Virus record (IMG/VR): IMGVR_UViG_3300037264_003213
Span: 17,848-81,847 of that record
Length of the DNA stretch: 64,000 nt
Strand: one strand, 5' to 3'
DNA from: a virus
The position numbers and the translations under genes were made by a program. Of the stretch, positions 9,972 through 20,228 are shown piece by piece. How positions within the stretch are numbered: position 1 is the first letter of the stretch; every line of letters starts with the position of its first letter. The notes under the pieces were generated by a model. It was not told the DNA's origin. It saw only the letters and a program-made list of their open reading frames with translations, and did no database searches.

Positions 9972-11939
9972 ATGAATAAGTGGCTAAGAATTAAGAATCA
10001 TATATATCAGGAAAAGCTAGATGAAGTTAATGGTTTATTTAACAAAGTCAAAAACAACATTAATGATGGGAAAATCCTTCGTAGTGAATGGCTGACTCCT
10101 CTGGAAAGCTGGACTCGTAGCCAAATTAAAGGAAATAGCTCTTTGAGGCTATCTCTTCATGAATTTGCTGATTTGAGTAAAATAGTAGACGACATTGATA
10201 GTATCTTTGCTCAAAATGCAGGTAGCGAAAATCAGGTAATCAATGAAGGGCAAAGTGTTTTCACAAACAATTATAAAAGATTTTTAGAGTCCAAAAACAA
10301 TGATCTTAAACTAGAAGTATCAGCTGAATTAATTGAAGAGAAACAATTCCCTTTAGAAATATTCGTAGAATGGTATGAAGTAGCTTGTACGCTGCCATCA
10401 GAACAATTCAATGAAGAACTAGGAAGTTTTTGGGGCGATGTTTGGAAAAATGCTGCTATTGGCGGCGGTTATGGTGGTTTGGCTGGCACTGCCGCTGGGG
10501 GCATCCCAGGCACCTTCGCAGGGACGGGTATTGGCGGCTTAGCTGGCGGATTATATGGCGGTGCATCCAATTTACTTAAACGAGTCTGGCATTACCGACA
10601 AACACAACGTAATTTCGAGCAAACAAAACAGAAAGCTGTAGAAGCCCTAAAGAAACTTAAGGAACTATCTCAGAGTTTTGAAATGCATCCTAATTTCATT
10701 AAGTCTTTAGATAGCATGATTGACCAGCTAGGATCGTCTAGGGCTTATCGTATGGCTGGGGCACCTACAGACCCAAATGCTGGCAAACCAGTTAATCCTA
10801 TGAAACAGCCCCACCCAGGTTGGGCTGAATTAGGCAAAAATTCTTCGCCAAGTGGACCTACTTCTACTATAGTTTCTCCACCAGTTGGTGCTTCTCCACC
10901 AGTTGGTGCTTCTCCACCAGTTGGTGCTTCTCCACCAGTTGGTGCTTCTCCACCAGTTGGTGCTTCTCCTACAGCTTCTCCACCAGTTGGTGCTTCTCCT
11001 ACAGCTTCTCCACCAGTTGGTGCTTCTCCAGTAATACCGCCTGTATTGCCTGGTAGAAAGGCACCAGTTCTTAGTGATGAAGAACGTGCAGCAAGAAGCC
11101 AACGCATGAAAGATCGCTGGATAAAAAAGAAAAAAGAAAAGGAAGAAGAAGAAGAAAGACAAGCGGCTTTAGCAGCAGCAATAGAAGGAGGAACACCACC
11201 TCCAGCCGATGCACCTCCAGCCGATGCACCTCCAGCCGATGCACCTCCAGCCGAAGACACAGACGCAATTAGCGATGAAAAAGATTTTTTAAGACTTTAC
11301 AATAAGATTAAGGATAATCCAACACAATTGGCAAGGCTGGGCAATACCCTTAACTCTTTAGGAGTTACTAAGCCAGGGAAAAATAAAGAACCAATAGTAA
11401 GGGGAATTCCTTTTGATGTTGACCATTTTAACCAACATTATAAAGATACTAAAGATAAGGACCAACATTATAAGGGTGGTCTTGCAAATCCTGAAGCCGC
11501 TCAAGAATCTATCGCAATAGCTAACACATACGCTCAGCATCTTGGCGCATCAATAAGTCCTGATGCATCACTAAGAACACCTGGCGCACCAAAAGAAACG
11601 CCACCTGTTGCTGGGGAAGAACCAGTTAAAAAAGAATTAAAATCAAATGAAGAAATGGAACAAATGAAGAGGGGAGAACTAGAGCAATACATCGCAGATA
11701 TCGGCCTAAAGAAATTACTAGATGACGGTGTAATTGAAGATGTTGGTATGAAAAATGGCCCAAAGAGAAGTCAGGCTATTAAATTGTTGAGATTTAACAT
11801 AGAACATCCTGATGAACCTACAGAATCTGCATTTGTTAGAATTGGTAAGATGTTCCGAGAGAATAACTTCCGTAGTAAACTAGAATCTTTGCCAATCGAA
11901 AAACGGGCACAATACCTAGTTACCGTGGTAAGAAGTTAA
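9972..11939 (+). CDS. large low-complexity protein (glycine zipper, Pro-rich repeats), probable late/internal head protein
   Basis: TAAATA 5 nt before ATG; GGLAG zipper; SPPVGA and PPADA repeats. Confidence 0.7.
   Translation: MNKWLRIKNHIYQEKLDEVNGLFNKVKNNINDGKILRSEWLTPLESWTRSQIKGNSSLRLSLHEFADLSKIVDDIDSIFAQNAGSENQVINEGQSVFTNNYKRFLESKNNDLKLEVSAELIEEKQFPLEIFVEWYEVACTLPSEQFNEELGSFWGDVWKNAAIGGGYGGLAGTAAGGIPGTFAGTGIGGLAGGLYGGASNLLKRVWHYRQTQRNFEQTKQKAVEALKKLKELSQSFEMHPNFIKSLDSMIDQLGSSRAYRMAGAPTDPNAGKPVNPMKQPHPGWAELGKNSSPSGPTSTIVSPPVGASPPVGASPPVGASPPVGASPPVGASPTASPPVGASPTASPPVGASPVIPPVLPGRKAPVLSDEERAARSQRMKDRWIKKKKEKEEEEERQAALAAAIEGGTPPPADAPPADAPPADAPPAEDTDAISDEKDFLRLYNKIKDNPTQLARLGNTLNSLGVTKPGKNKEPIVRGIPFDVDHFNQHYKDTKDKDQHYKGGLANPEAAQESIAIANTYAQHLGASISPDASLRTPGAPKETPPVAGEEPVKKELKSNEEMEQMKRGELEQYIADIGLKKLLDDGVIEDVGMKNGPKRSQAIKLLRFNIEHPDEPTESAFVRIGKMFRENNFRSKLESLPIEKRAQYLVTVVRS
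10874..11030 (+). repeat. 18-bp tandem repeat encoding SPPVGA
   Basis: tctccaccagttggtgct repeated, with SPTA variants. Confidence 0.9.
11198..11255 (+). repeat. 15-bp tandem repeat encoding PPADA
   Basis: cctccagccgatgca three times plus a partial copy. Confidence 0.85.
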
Positions 11940-11947
11940 CTACCTCG

Positions 11948-12868
11948 CTAATTCCCATGATATGATTGCATCCATCTTATAGTTCCGCTTTCAGAACGCA
12001 TAAAAACACTATTGGTAATAGGACCAAATTCGCTGAAACGGCAGCCTTTCAGGAGGCTGCCGTCTGTTATTCCAGTCGCTGCAAAAACACAATGACCTAC
12101 CACTAAATCATCTTGTTTATACACTTTATCATCTAACTTATTCCCATCTTTGTCACATAATTGTGCTTGAAAGCCGCCACCCAAGCATTTTACAGCACAT
12201 GCAGTTAAAACCGCTTCGGGCGCACCACCCACGCCATAAAGCAAATCAATACCTCTATCTGGCAAGCAAGCTGCTATAGCGCCAGAAACATCACAATCCT
12301 GTATCAGCTTAATTCTGACGCCCATCTGCCTCATCCGTGCTATCACCTCAAGATGGCGTGACCTATCCAAAATACAAACCATTATATCAGTAATCTTTTT
12401 TCCATTAGCGAGAGATGCTAGTTGTATTGTTCGTTCAATAGGATCGTTAATATTGAGTTGGACAGTTTTGGCAATGGAAGCACCAAAAGCCAATTTATTC
12501 ATGTAGAATTCCTCAGTCTGAAACATACATTTATTATCAGCCACGGCTATTACAGACATTGCTTCTGGACCTGATGTAACAGTAGGTCTAGTACCTTCAA
12601 TTGGATCAACCGCAATATCTAAAGGCATCAGGTCGTTAAAAACTCTTAACACACCAACTTGTTCACCATGATATAATCCATATGATTTGTCTTTCTTGCC
12701 TTCACCGATAGCAATGGTGCCGCAAAATTCCATCTTGTTCAGTCGGCGTCTTATTGCTTCGGTTGCGGCTTTATCTGCTTCTAGTTTGTCACCGCTGCCT
12801 ATCCAATGGGAAGCAGCGATTGCGGCATTTTCGGTAGCCCTAACTAAATCAAGACCTAATAGTTTCAT
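11948..12868 (-). CDS. glpX: fructose-1,6-bisphosphatase class II
   Basis: LVRATENAAIAA, IGEG, DIAVDPIEGT, IQDCDV, GGAPEAVL, ATGITDG. Confidence 0.95.
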   Translation of the reverse strand: MKLLGLDLVRATENAAIAASHWIGSGDKLEADKAATEAIRRRLNKMEFCGTIAIGEGKKDKSYGLYHGEQVGVLRVFNDLMPLDIAVDPIEGTRPTVTSGPEAMSVIAVADNKCMFQTEEFYMNKLAFGASIAKTVQLNINDPIERTIQLASLANGKKITDIMVCILDRSRHLEVIARMRQMGVRIKLIQDCDVSGAIAACLPDRGIDLLYGVGGAPEAVLTACAVKCLGGGFQAQLCDKDGNKLDDKVYKQDDLVVGHCVFAATGITDGSLLKGCRFSEFGPITNSVFMRSESGTIRWMQSYHGN

Positions 12869-13260
12869 TTCTTTTCCTCATTAAAAGCCTGTTTTGCTTT
12901 CTTGGCTATTTCAGCTAAAGCAGCAGGATTTACAAAAGATGTTTCTTGCACAAACTTTGGTGGAATAACATGTTTTGCAGCAGTCAATGGTTTTTCTTTT
13001 CGATATTCTTCAATTATTTTAGCATCTACAGGATTATCTTCAAAGAGCATTTGTTCTTCTGTAATCGAAACAACGTAAGAGTAGAGGATAAAGGTTCTAG
13101 ACTTGGTTGCGAGGTGTAACAACCATAAACCTTTTTCGTCAATAATCTCAAGGATGCCAGAAAAGTAATCTGCCATCGCTTCTTCTTTAAATCGAAAATT
13201 AATTTGAACGGTAGTAATCGTAACCGCTTTGCCTACGAAATATTTAAAGTATTCTTTCAT
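12865..13260 (-). CDS. hypothetical protein
   Basis: 131-aa ORF overlapping the glpX start. Confidence 0.7.
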   Translation of the reverse strand: MKEYFKYFVGKAVTITTVQINFRFKEEAMADYFSGILEIIDEKGLWLLHLATKSRTFILYSYVVSITEEQMLFEDNPVDAKIIEEYRKEKPLTAAKHVIPPKFVQETSFVNPAALAEIAKKAKQAFNEEKK

Positions 13261-13290
13261 AAAATAATATAGTGACTATAAATATTTATT
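13261..13290. promoter_or_regulatory. back-to-back promoter pair: TATAAATA (+) and ACTATATTA (-)
   Basis: 30-bp spacer between divergent ATGs; TATAAATA at 13277-13284 equals the T4 late promoter consensus. Confidence 0.65.
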
Positions 13291-13665
13291 ATGCCAGGAC
13301 CAGATCACAAAGCCTACAAAGGTTGGCGGGGAACTATAAGAGCCGCTTTAACTCACCATCCAGAGAAATTCAGTAAAGAAGCTTGTAAGGAAAAAGGCAC
13401 AGGCAAATTGTGCCCTTATGCCATCTTTACAAAGAAGAAAAAAGAAGGTGACACTCCGCATTATAAAGAACAACCGCATACTACTTCTGGCACACCTAAA
13501 AAGAAGGCAGAATTCAAGGATGAAGATAAAAAGGAAGGAACCTTCACCAACTATGTAGCACAAAGAGATTTGATGGAAGGTAAAAAGAAGAAAAAAAGAA
13601 TGTCAATTGATTTAGGTGGTGGAATGTCGATTGGTTCATTAAACGCTGGTATAAGTATGCCTTAA
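13291..13665 (+). CDS. Lys-rich late protein
   Basis: TATAAATA 6 nt before ATG; highly basic. Confidence 0.65.
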   Translation: MPGPDHKAYKGWRGTIRAALTHHPEKFSKEACKEKGTGKLCPYAIFTKKKKEGDTPHYKEQPHTTSGTPKKKAEFKDEDKKEGTFTNYVAQRDLMEGKKKKKRMSIDLGGGMSIGSLNAGISMP

Positions 13666-13756
13666 AAGAGATTCAATAAACGAAGCCAATGATTACAATA
13701 GTTGTACCAGTAATTAAAATTAGTATCATTTTTCCCAAATTGCATTGTTTCTAGTG

Positions 13757-14770
13757 TCATGATTTATTCAATAAAAGAGTTAGTGTCGTGAAATCATCGA
13801 ACGGTTTTTCATGCTCTTGTATCCAAGCCTTAATAATTTCCTGATTGAACTTTACAAACATTTTGTTCCAATCTTTCAATCCCACTGGGGGGCGCACAAA
13901 AGTAATTTCCGTAATTTGATTCTCAAGCAATTTTTTACCCATTTCAAGGACGCCAGCAAACCCAGCTTCATCTTCATCAAGTGCCAAACATACCTTGTAA
14001 TCCCTGATGTATTCAATTTGTTTATCACTTAGAGATTTGCCGCCGCAAGCCATGCCAGAGAACCCGCAGATTTTAAGGGTGATAGCATCAAGTTCACCCT
14101 CAGTAAGATAGATTTTAGAACCTTTCTCTGGCCATACGGAAGCAAAAATTACGTCACCTTTACCCACACCTATATTCTTGTCAGGCCCAAGATAACGTAG
14201 ACCCTTATCGACCATATTCCTGCCATTAAAATAAATCAACTTACCTTTGGCATCGTAGTATGGAATGATGATTCTGTTCTTATAATCTCCCGTGGAGCAG
14301 ACGTATAAACTTTCGACGGGCAGTTTTCTTTTTTCCAGGTAGTCTTCCGCCTCCATGCGCAGTAAACTGCTTTTAGGCAGGCCAGTAATTAGGTAGGTAT
14401 AGAGCGGCAGCTTGATAAACACTTCTTCTGGATGCTGTACTATATGCTCTTTTTCTTGGAAGAACTTATCTAGTTCGTCTTCCAATATTCTGATAGGGGT
14501 ATTGCCTGATAGCAATTCCTTAGCTTCTTCGTAGCTACAATTATCAACCTCCATGACAAGACCGACTAGCGTGCCGACCTTCTCGGTATAGAAACAGCGG
14601 TAGACTCCATCATCCCTATGATGTTTACCACCATAGGGATTTGCCCACATATGGTGTTTATTGTCAGGTGAGAAGATGGAGTTGATCCTTACCTCTTTGC
14701 CTTTGACGATTACATCGCCAGCAAAGCGGTCTTCGCACCATGTAACAAAACTATCAAAATCAATCGACAT
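13757..14770 (-). CDS. DNA primase (TOPRIM, T4 gp61/DnaG-like)
   Basis: RIIIPYYD...YFNGR, IYLTEGELDA, LALDEDEAG, KDWN. Confidence 0.9.
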   Translation of the reverse strand: MSIDFDSFVTWCEDRFAGDVIVKGKEVRINSIFSPDNKHHMWANPYGGKHHRDDGVYRCFYTEKVGTLVGLVMEVDNCSYEEAKELLSGNTPIRILEDELDKFFQEKEHIVQHPEEVFIKLPLYTYLITGLPKSSLLRMEAEDYLEKRKLPVESLYVCSTGDYKNRIIIPYYDAKGKLIYFNGRNMVDKGLRYLGPDKNIGVGKGDVIFASVWPEKGSKIYLTEGELDAITLKICGFSGMACGGKSLSDKQIEYIRDYKVCLALDEDEAGFAGVLEMGKKLLENQITEITFVRPPVGLKDWNKMFVKFNQEIIKAWIQEHEKPFDDFTTLTLLLNKS

Positions 14771-15374
14771 AAAATGGTTTTCTAATCAGTAGCTTCCACA
14801 CTTCAATTACGTCGGGGCCGAACATCTTGGACGGCACATTAATGCAGGTTCTCATTTCTATAAATCGTTTTGGGATATAATCTTTCTGTGCCTCAATAGT
14901 TTGATAGGAAACAATTCCACCAGTTTCCGACACCTTCTCTTCTTTTATCCGATTCTTGTAATAAAAGCCAGATACTAAACCTGTTTGCATTTCGTATTCA
15001 TTAAATACTTTATCGTAAAAGGCATATTTTTCAGGAGCCGCCATGCAGCATTCGGTGGAAAACAAGCTGACAAAGCCGTGGATTGGGAATGTGGCAAATC
15101 GCTTGATTTCGTCTGAACTGACCTTGGTGTAATCACATTGGTACATGCTGGGTCGCCTGATTGGGTCTAAGTCAAGGCCAACATAGCCTGAGACGTGACC
15201 GTAATTATGGTATTCACAGCATTGACCGCAACCAAAATCTATGATATTAAATGGATATTTCCACTTGGGGAAGGTAGTATCAAAGATATGAAACATCAAG
15301 TCGTGAGCGTTACGAACTTGTTTTTCCTGTAAGTAATTTTTATATTCATCGAAAAAGCTTGTGCCATAACTCAT
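14760..15374 (-). CDS. SAM-dependent methyltransferase-like protein
   Basis: IIDFGCG motif I and YVGLDL motif II; likely start MSYGT at 15374. Confidence 0.55.
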   Translation of the reverse strand: MSYGTSFFDEYKNYLQEKQVRNAHDLMFHIFDTTFPKWKYPFNIIDFGCGQCCEYHNYGHVSGYVGLDLDPIRRPSMYQCDYTKVSSDEIKRFATFPIHGFVSLFSTECCMAAPEKYAFYDKVFNEYEMQTGLVSGFYYKNRIKEEKVSETGGIVSYQTIEAQKDYIPKRFIEMRTCINVPSKMFGPDVIEVWKLLIRKPFYVD

Positions 15375-15387
15375 TTTAGAGTACCTT

Positions 15388-16170
15388 ATGAAAAAGAAAG
15401 TAGAACTAATGAAAATAGACCATTTAAGCGTGTCCAGAGTTGGCGTTTGGGAACTTTGCAAGCAACAATACAAGTACAAGTACCACGAAAAAATACCATC
15501 CCTTGAAGAAGACCCGATCTATTTCACCTACGGTTCAATTATACATAAAATTGCCGAAAGATACATAGAAACAAAGGGTGAAATACTAATTTCTGAGATT
15601 GCTGATGACGTTCTGAGCGGTAAAATCGCACTAGATGATGGCAAAAAGAACGTCAAATTGCCCCAGGAATACAAGAATAAGATCGTGGATCATATTCGCG
15701 CCATCAAGAAGATTTCAGACCAGCTTGGTTTTGACGGCCATACGGAATGGGAATTCAATTTTGATTTAGACCCGCCGCACAAGAAGATTGTAACAGGTTA
15801 TATCGACCGATTGGTGCAAAAAGGCGACAAGTTCTGGATTCTTGACTACAAAACCACCAAAAAAGGACCGTGGAGAAAATCGCAAAAGGATGTTGTAAAT
15901 GATCTGCAATTAAAAACTTACGCTAGAATAGTGCAGAGGGAATTTGATGCGAAACCAGAAAATATCAAGGCTGCACTGTATTATTTAGAAGGACCAGAAT
16001 TGGTTGGTGCTAGCTTTAGTGAACAATCATTAAATCGTGTTGAAGAAGAATTGCTTAAATGTTACAATGAAATTGCGACTACTAATCCGAATAAGGTTTT
16101 GGGCAATGTCGGACAGCATTGTAGCAGGTGTAATTACAGGAAGATTTGCCCTTTTTATAGCTTAACATGA
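15388..16170 (+). CDS. PD-(D/E)XK Cas4/RecB-like exonuclease
   Basis: GSIIH, GYIDR...ILDYKT, QLKTY, C-terminal CSRCNYRKIC. Confidence 0.9.
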   Translation: MKKKVELMKIDHLSVSRVGVWELCKQQYKYKYHEKIPSLEEDPIYFTYGSIIHKIAERYIETKGEILISEIADDVLSGKIALDDGKKNVKLPQEYKNKIVDHIRAIKKISDQLGFDGHTEWEFNFDLDPPHKKIVTGYIDRLVQKGDKFWILDYKTTKKGPWRKSQKDVVNDLQLKTYARIVQREFDAKPENIKAALYYLEGPELVGASFSEQSLNRVEEELLKCYNEIATTNPNKVLGNVGQHCSRCNYRKICPFYSLT

Positions 16171-16592
16171 GTCTAACTTTAACTGTATCCCACAACATGT
16201 TCTTAACCCGTGAGCAAAGATATGATCTTTTTAACGGCAAAGACATAAACGTAATTGGTGTCAGTGTACCAATTTGGCATTTCCAGGGCAAAACATCTGA
16301 GCCTGGAAATGAAGTTTTTGTAAAATATAAGCTAATACCCACCGAATACAAAATATTCGTCAAACACAATGATGAAGGATACGAAATTTATTTACCGAAG
16401 CAATCTTTCAATCCAGAAGACAATAGAGCAAACCCATTGACTTTGAAAAATCTTCTCGATCATAAAGATGGCGGCATAGAATGGATTGCTTTTAGACAAT
16501 TTGGCAAAGCCAAAAGAAATAAAAGGGCGGTGAATATAATTCACTTTGTAGAAATTAAAACCATCGAAGATTTAATAACTACAACAGTATAG
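16167..16592 (+). CDS. hypothetical protein
   Basis: 141-aa ORF overlapping the upstream gene end. Confidence 0.7.
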   Translation: MSLTLTVSHNMFLTREQRYDLFNGKDINVIGVSVPIWHFQGKTSEPGNEVFVKYKLIPTEYKIFVKHNDEGYEIYLPKQSFNPEDNRANPLTLKNLLDHKDGGIEWIAFRQFGKAKRNKRAVNIIHFVEIKTIEDLITTTV

Positions 16593-17397
16593 AAACTTTT
16601 CTTTTACCTCTGAAATAGTTTCTGCAATTTTCTTCTTTATAAACGTTTGATTTGGTGGGATGAATAATAGCAGTATTTTCATAAGTGATTGGAATATTTC
16701 CCCAAGGAGCCAAGTTAGTTGTGGGCAAGGCTTGTCTCCATCTTATTTCCATAAGTTGAGACACATTTTCGATTCGACCAATGCCACAACCTATAAAATA
16801 GGTTGAGATTTGATCGTGTGCAAAATGAATAAGACTATACTTTTTATCAAATTCGTTCCCAGGTATTAGTCCTACCTGTTTCATGAATTTAAAACAATGA
16901 TTGGTCCACATCATACAGGGACCAGCACACATTTGCGTTTTGAAGGTGTATGGGAATTCACTCATAAACCCTGATGCTCTTAAAGACCTATGATAACCGT
17001 AATCTTTACTAGGAGTATACCACGTTGTTCCTACCCAAAATACATCTGTCTCTTCTGTCTTTTTGAGCATAGTATTAACAAATGGTCCAACGCACAAAGC
17101 ATCAGAATCCATAGTTATCAAATTACAAATATTCATTCTCTCATTAAAATAATCTAAGGCATGAATAATAGTTCTTAAAATACCACGGCCCCAACCATTT
17201 ATTTCTTTTGTTACAAAGACGTGATCTTTCCCATACTTTTCTTCAATGGTAGCAGCTACTTTTCTGTTGAAATCAATGGCAAAAACTATTTCATAATTAC
17301 CTTTGTTATAGTATTTGATAGACTCAGCGGTATCAATAATATATTCAGGGTGGTCATGTCCAATTATCATCACAGCGGTCGTTGGTATTTTAATCAT
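16579..17397 (-). CDS. GT-A fold glycosyltransferase (GT2-like)
   Basis: N-terminal GT2 pattern (ESIKYY..YEIVFAID), GWGRG, DxD motif MDSD. Confidence 0.65.
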   Translation of the reverse strand: MIKIPTTAVMIIGHDHPEYIIDTAESIKYYNKGNYEIVFAIDFNRKVAATIEEKYGKDHVFVTKEINGWGRGILRTIIHALDYFNERMNICNLITMDSDALCVGPFVNTMLKKTEETDVFWVGTTWYTPSKDYGYHRSLRASGFMSEFPYTFKTQMCAGPCMMWTNHCFKFMKQVGLIPGNEFDKKYSLIHFAHDQISTYFIGCGIGRIENVSQLMEIRWRQALPTTNLAPWGNIPITYENTAIIHPTKSNVYKEENCRNYFRGKRKVSILL

Positions 17398-17398
17398 A

Positions 17399-18106
17399 TT
17401 ATAACACCAAATTTATATTACGAAAGTAGCCATATTCTCTACCAATTTTTATAAGCCTATTCCTAATCGAACCAATTGGTATACTTCCTAAAGTATATCT
17501 ACTTGTATATTCTGCTTTATTAGTATTTATGTCATTGTGCAAATCTTTTCCACCCGCTCCAATGAATTTAATTAAGTTAGAAATATCACTTTCAATCGGG
17601 TGGAAAAAGAATTTTCTTACTTTGCAAGCCTCTTCAATAAGTTCATTCCATTTAATGTAATACAAGGCAGCACGTTCTACTGGAGTAAGTAATTTGTCAT
17701 GCAATTCTGGTATATGACGATAGATAAATCGCATAAACTTGAAATCAAGGTCTGCCCCAGGTGGATATGCATACGTCAATTGAGAAGGGTCAGGCGTACA
17801 ACCTAATTTGCCACTTAAAAAATAACAATAACTAACTACGAAAGAATTAATGACTTTCATTGGCTCTCTTACCAAATGAATAATTGTGGCGTTGTCGAGG
17901 ATGGGAAATCTCAAATAAGGAGCGGCCATATAACTAGAATCAGCTTCTAAGCCGCTATACAAGAGCATTTTATTCTTAGCTACTTCTAATCCATCATTAG
18001 TAAATATAACCTCATGCCCGCAGTTTATGCCTGCGCTGGTTAAGAACTTAGCCATGAACATTGTACCACATCTGCCCGTGCCAGTAACAATATATTTAAG
18101 ACTCAT
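17399..18106 (-). CDS. sulfotransferase family protein
   Basis: 5'-PSB IVTGTGRCGTMF, CGHE, 3'-PB IHLVREPMKVINS. Confidence 0.8.
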   Translation of the reverse strand: MSLKYIVTGTGRCGTMFMAKFLTSAGINCGHEVIFTNDGLEVAKNKMLLYSGLEADSSYMAAPYLRFPILDNATIIHLVREPMKVINSFVVSYCYFLSGKLGCTPDPSQLTYAYPPGADLDFKFMRFIYRHIPELHDKLLTPVERAALYYIKWNELIEEACKVRKFFFHPIESDISNLIKFIGAGGKDLHNDINTNKAEYTSRYTLGSIPIGSIRNRLIKIGREYGYFRNINLVL

Positions 18107-18120
18107 AAATATATAATATC

Positions 18121-18299
18121 ATGGTTAATTTAGAATTTAAATTGTGGGCGGAATCAATATTTGGCAGAGCGGTCATGGAACCAGAACCTGCCTCAAATGT
18201 GCCAAATCTGTTGGCTAAAATATATGGCGGCGCATACCCAAGTTATGATCTTAAGCCACTGCCAGGTAATAAGAAACTCATGAAGAAAGCAAAGAAGAA

Positions 18300-18303
<4 letters not shown>
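18121..18303 (+). CDS. small protein with capsid-targeting-like N-terminus
   Basis: MVNLEFKLWAES; TATATA 5 nt before ATG. Confidence 0.55.
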
Positions 18304-18575
<272 letters not shown>

Positions 18576-18662
18576 GGTAAGTCTCCTATTAATATCTAAT
18601 TATTAGTAGATGTATAGAAAAAATTAACAAATTTAGTTTACTTTTTATATTTTACCAAAAAG

Positions 18663-20198
18663 TTATATTTTACCCCGATTTAATCTTATTGAAACCACAT
18701 TCTGTAACCTTGTATTAGCTGTTGTAATACCTTTTGGATTACAGATCGGTTTCTTTTTCCCACCACAGCCACATCCTGCATTATTTTCAGGCTTCCAACA
18801 CTTAAGAAACTCAATTTGATTCGGGTTGGTACAATTGCCCGTAAAACAACCCGCAAAGTGACTTCTTACCAAATTACCATCGGAAGTAATTTCAAATGGC
18901 GTCAATTTGTCAGGTCTAATCAAACCTTTTTCTTTTAAAAAGTCAACACAATCACGGGCATGATCTATCAATTCGCTGGCCGAAGTTACTACGCTATCGA
19001 CACAATTTCCTGCACCATCGAATTCATAGTAACTGTCATTTGGGACTTCAACATTAACCATAAAATCAGGCAATGTCAACTGCTCAATGTTTTTATTTCT
19101 GACAATAGAAACATTCGTGTGTTCAATTACTTCATCAGAAGGTTCCGCCATCATTTTGAAAGCAGTCCAATTCATAGCGACCATTGGGCGAACAGTTTGC
19201 CGCAATATGCCACGCTTGATGAAAACATCATTCATTACCTGATTGTAAAGATAGCCATTCAGCTTATCTTGCACCAACATAGCCTTCGCAAAACCATCGT
19301 AAAAACGAATGTTAGCAGGAGCGCTAGGAATAGCGTTGAACGTGTAACTAGCCAGAATATCTCTTGCGTTTATTAATGCGGTCTTTGCATCCAAACAAAT
19401 TTTTCTTTGTAATTCGTAAATTCCACAAAGAATCTCGTACCATGCTCCCAAAAAGACACGGGAGAAACTGTGTGGTTCACTACTCAATTGATTGTCTAAC
19501 CCATTACGAGGCAATTTTTCTGGTTCAACGTAAGTAAAATTATTTACAGCATTACGAAGCGCCCCAGCAGTATGACCACCTCTGCCCCCTGTAAGATTAT
19601 AAATAGCCTGCCCCATTTCCTCGGCCAACTTGGTTAAAGTGTTGCTTTGATTTATATTACCGCCTGTTTCATTCAACATTAACTCAATAAACGCATCGTG
19701 CTGAAGAGCATTTGTAATAGCGTTAATATCCCCAAACGCTTCGTGGAATCCCCATACTTCATAAGCCTGAACATTAAACAAATCAGGACGAATAGCATCC
19801 AATAAAGCGTGCCCTAACTCATGAAGAACCACGTCTGAAGAATTAACAGCATAAACAACTTTCTTGGTAATTGGGTCCATTGCATAAAAAAACCTTAATG
19901 CCTTGCGGTCGTAATAAGCGTTAAGTTGCTTGCCAGCCCTTGGTTGAACATAAAGATTTTGAGTAGCCGCCCAATGTGTTAACAATGGAGTTTTTAGATA
20001 TTTCCGCATTACATTAATGCCTTGTATTATATTGTAATGACACAATGCCGCCTGATGTTCCTGAGTATACATTGTAGTCGTAGCACCCCTATAACCATCA
20101 ATTTTGAAATCCATGCCACTTGGCTTTGGTGGTAAATCCACAGGGATGACTAAACTAGGTGTAGACGGATCATTTAGGACATAGCTAATATCTGACAT
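18663..20198 (-). CDS. zinc metallopeptidase, thermolysin/fungalysin (M4/M36)-like
   Basis: NAYYD, VVLHELGH, GFHEAFGD, EPHSFSRVF; Cys-rich tail. Confidence 0.85.
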   Translation of the reverse strand: MSDISYVLNDPSTPSLVIPVDLPPKPSGMDFKIDGYRGATTTMYTQEHQAALCHYNIIQGINVMRKYLKTPLLTHWAATQNLYVQPRAGKQLNAYYDRKALRFFYAMDPITKKVVYAVNSSDVVLHELGHALLDAIRPDLFNVQAYEVWGFHEAFGDINAITNALQHDAFIELMLNETGGNINQSNTLTKLAEEMGQAIYNLTGGRGGHTAGALRNAVNNFTYVEPEKLPRNGLDNQLSSEPHSFSRVFLGAWYEILCGIYELQRKICLDAKTALINARDILASYTFNAIPSAPANIRFYDGFAKAMLVQDKLNGYLYNQVMNDVFIKRGILRQTVRPMVAMNWTAFKMMAEPSDEVIEHTNVSIVRNKNIEQLTLPDFMVNVEVPNDSYYEFDGAGNCVDSVVTSASELIDHARDCVDFLKEKGLIRPDKLTPFEITSDGNLVRSHFAGCFTGNCTNPNQIEFLKCWKPENNAGCGCGGKKKPICNPKGITTANTRLQNVVSIRLNRGKI

Positions 20199-20228
20199 GT
20201 TTTACCTCTAACGATATATACTATTAAT

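Noticed and set aside
15388-16170. Cas4-like nuclease as evidence of a CRISPR-Cas system
   Set aside because: No repeat-spacer array or other cas genes; stand-alone PD-(D/E)XK exonucleases are common near phage primases
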